Made by a program: the position numbers and the translations under genes. Under the pieces are notes generated by a model. It had not been told where the DNA came from and did not search any database. It saw only the letters and a program-made list of their open reading frames with translations. This document shows, one piece after another, positions 33,509 to 34,764 of a stretch of 34,764 nucleotides of DNA (position 1 is the first letter of the stretch; every line of letters begins with the position of its first letter). Origin of the DNA: Phycisphaera mikurensis NBRC 102666 (GTDB lineage Bacteria; Planctomycetota; Phycisphaerae; Phycisphaerales; SM1A02); assembly GCA_945870475.1 (NCBI GenBank), contig CAMBSR010000001.1, positions 1 through 34,764 of the forward strand, given 5' to 3'.

Positions 33509-34461
33509 CCACGGCCCGCGCCGCAGCCGTGGCGCGGCGAGCGGCGGGGGTGCTCGCATGCGCGCTGCTTGCCGGTTGCGCAGGCGGCGGTGCAGGTACC
33601 GGCGCAGGTGCAGCGACGCCGACCGACGAACCCACCGAAGGACGCGTGGTGCGCGCGCGCACCACCGTGGCGGCCGGCCAGACCGGGCTCGAGGTGATCA
33701 CCTGGCAGGTGACCGACGACGGACGCCGCGTGGAGGAGGCCCTGCGCGCCCATGCAGAACCCGCGGTGGCAGCGGCCGACGACCTGGCGCTCCGCCGCAA
33801 CGGGTTCATCCTGTGCGCGGTGCGCGTCGACCGGATGGAATCGCTTCGCACTGCGCTGGGCGGCAGCGCCATGGACATCCGCACCTGGCTCGGCACCGCC
33901 ACCACGTGGCGCGAACTCATCAGCGTGTCCGCCGCGAACGCCATGGTGGAGGTGGACGGCGTGGCGCGCGAGCGCCCCGGCACCAACGCACGCATCATGG
34001 CGCGCACGTGGCCCGTCCCCATGGAGGACGGCACGCGCATCGAGGTGGAGATGGTGCCGCAGCTGGTGACCGGCGAACTGCAGGCGAGCCTGGTGCGGAA
34101 CGCCAACCGCCTGGCCGGGGACGTGGTGCGCAGCTGCGCGTCGCGACTGGAACTGCAGCGCGGCACCGCGTGGGTGCTCACCTGCGACCCTGCGGGCTTC
34201 GTGGAGACCGATGCCGGTGCCGCCGCGGCCGCGGAGGCGGCAGCGGAGTTCGTGGGACCGCCGAACCCGGACGCCGCGCCCACCGCGTCCGGGAAGATCG
34301 GCGCGCGCGTGACCACGCTGGGCACGGCCACCCTGCTGGCTGCACCGGAGCGCCCGGGCACGCCGGCGCGCCGTACCGTGCTGCTCCTGGTGCCGCACCT
34401 CGGCGGCGCTGCGTTTCCAGTGGATCCTGCAGCGGAGCCGATGAAGCCAAGCCGGCAGTAA
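33505..34461 (+). CDS. lipoprotein (hypothetical)
   Basis: MTTARAAAVARRAAGVLACALLAGC|AGGGAG: signal peptide with lipobox LLAGC and a Gly/Ala/Thr linker. The GTG start overlaps the LOG TGA (GTGA). 318 aa, TAA stop. No family recognised. Confidence 0.7.
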   Translation: MTTARAAAVARRAAGVLACALLAGCAGGGAGTGAGAATPTDEPTEGRVVRARTTVAAGQTGLEVITWQVTDDGRRVEEALRAHAEPAVAAADDLALRRNGFILCAVRVDRMESLRTALGGSAMDIRTWLGTATTWRELISVSAANAMVEVDGVARERPGTNARIMARTWPVPMEDGTRIEVEMVPQLVTGELQASLVRNANRLAGDVVRSCASRLELQRGTAWVLTCDPAGFVETDAGAAAAAEAAAEFVGPPNPDAAPTASGKIGARVTTLGTATLLAAPERPGTPARRTVLLLVPHLGGAAFPVDPAAEPMKPSRQ

Positions 34462-34481
34462 GTGCCCGCAGTGAGCCACGA

Positions 34482-34764
34482 ATGAAGGAACGCCGACCGA
34501 TCAACACCTCGCAGGAGCTCGGCGCCGAAGCAGGCACCGGCGGCCGCGTGCGCGGCATGCGAGGCAGGCTCCGTCGCCGCAGCGGCAAGCCGCTGCCCGG
34601 GGTCAAGGTGCTCCCCACCATGATGACGCTCGCGAACCTGGTGTGCGGGTTCGCAGCCATCTACTACTCGGCGCGCGCCGGCGAGAGCGGCGGACCCACG
34701 CCCTTCGGCTGGCATCCGCTCACGGTGGCCGGCGTGCTGGTGTTCCTGGGCATGGCATTCGATG
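34482..34764 (+). CDS. pssA: CDP-alcohol phosphatidyltransferase family (phosphatidylserine synthase-like), N-terminal part (partial, runs off window)
   Basis: Hand translation from ATG 34482: MKERRPINTSQELGAEAGTGGRVRGMRGRLRRRSGKPLPGVKVLPTMMTLANLVCGFAAIYYS…VAGVLVFLGMAFD. LPxxxTLxNLxCGFxAI followed by …FD(G) at the window edge matches the start of the DG(x)2AR(x)8G(x)3D family. The symbol is tentative. Not in the ORF track because it has no stop in the window. Confidence 0.6.
   Translation, partial: MKERRPINTSQELGAEAGTGGRVRGMRGRLRRRSGKPLPGVKVLPTMMTLANLVCGFAAIYYSARAGESGGPTPFGWHPLTVAGVLVFLGMAFD

Noticed and set aside
1-34764. Search by eye for CRISPR arrays, IS elements or transposases, integrases, phage genes, toxin-antitoxin pairs, restriction-modification or other defence systems
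   Set aside because: I found no direct-repeat arrays, no terminal inverted repeats flanking an ORF, and no recognisable transposase, integrase or nuclease motifs. GC content and codon bias look uniform apart from short promoter-like AT-rich patches. The window looks like core chromosome.

Overview
This is a very GC-rich bacterial chromosomal segment; third codon positions are almost all G/C. It is densely packed with housekeeping genes.

Gene content:
- Minus strand, right to left: pgk, a periplasmic thioredoxin-TPR protein, rpe, a histidine-phosphatase-like protein, accD, and lnt fused to a HEAT-repeat domain. Then come a coiled-coil membrane protein with a 57-aa microprotein missing from the ORF track, mreB-mreC-mreD, a GlmU-like sugar nucleotidyltransferase, and the first codons of a polA-like gene.
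- Middle of the window: miaA, topA, a PEP-CTERM-like secreted protein, an NHS-family MFS transporter, ispG, tRNA-Ser(UGA), and a valS / HExxH lipoprotein / SMP-30-like operon.
- Right end: a TPR lipoprotein, an SDR, and a tightly coupled plus-strand cluster of a 1449-aa AsmA/TamB-like protein, a LOG-family protein, a lipoprotein and the start of a pssA-like gene.

The DUF1570-like protein, the PEP-CTERM-like tail and the planctomycete-type coiled-coil protein suggest Planctomycetota (Phycisphaerae-like). That is inference only.

I see no CRISPR array, transposase, integrase, prophage, toxin-antitoxin or recognisable defence system. The long antisense ORFs are typical high-GC artefacts.

Most notable observations:
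1. topA is interrupted by one in-frame TAG. TAG is used as a terminator by none of the other 25 CDS whose stop lies in the window (23 TGA, 2 TAA).
2. Lnt reads through into a HEAT-repeat domain via an internal lipoprotein signal peptide with a lipobox.
3. The AsmA-like, LOG and lipoprotein genes are joined by overlapping stop/start codons, and a pssA-like gene follows after a 20-nt gap.
4. Two head-to-head gene pairs have essentially no intergenic space and have -10-like hexamers directly upstream of the ATG, suggesting leaderless mRNAs.

I consider this a mostly ordinary core-genome region. None of these observations is proven novel from sequence alone.
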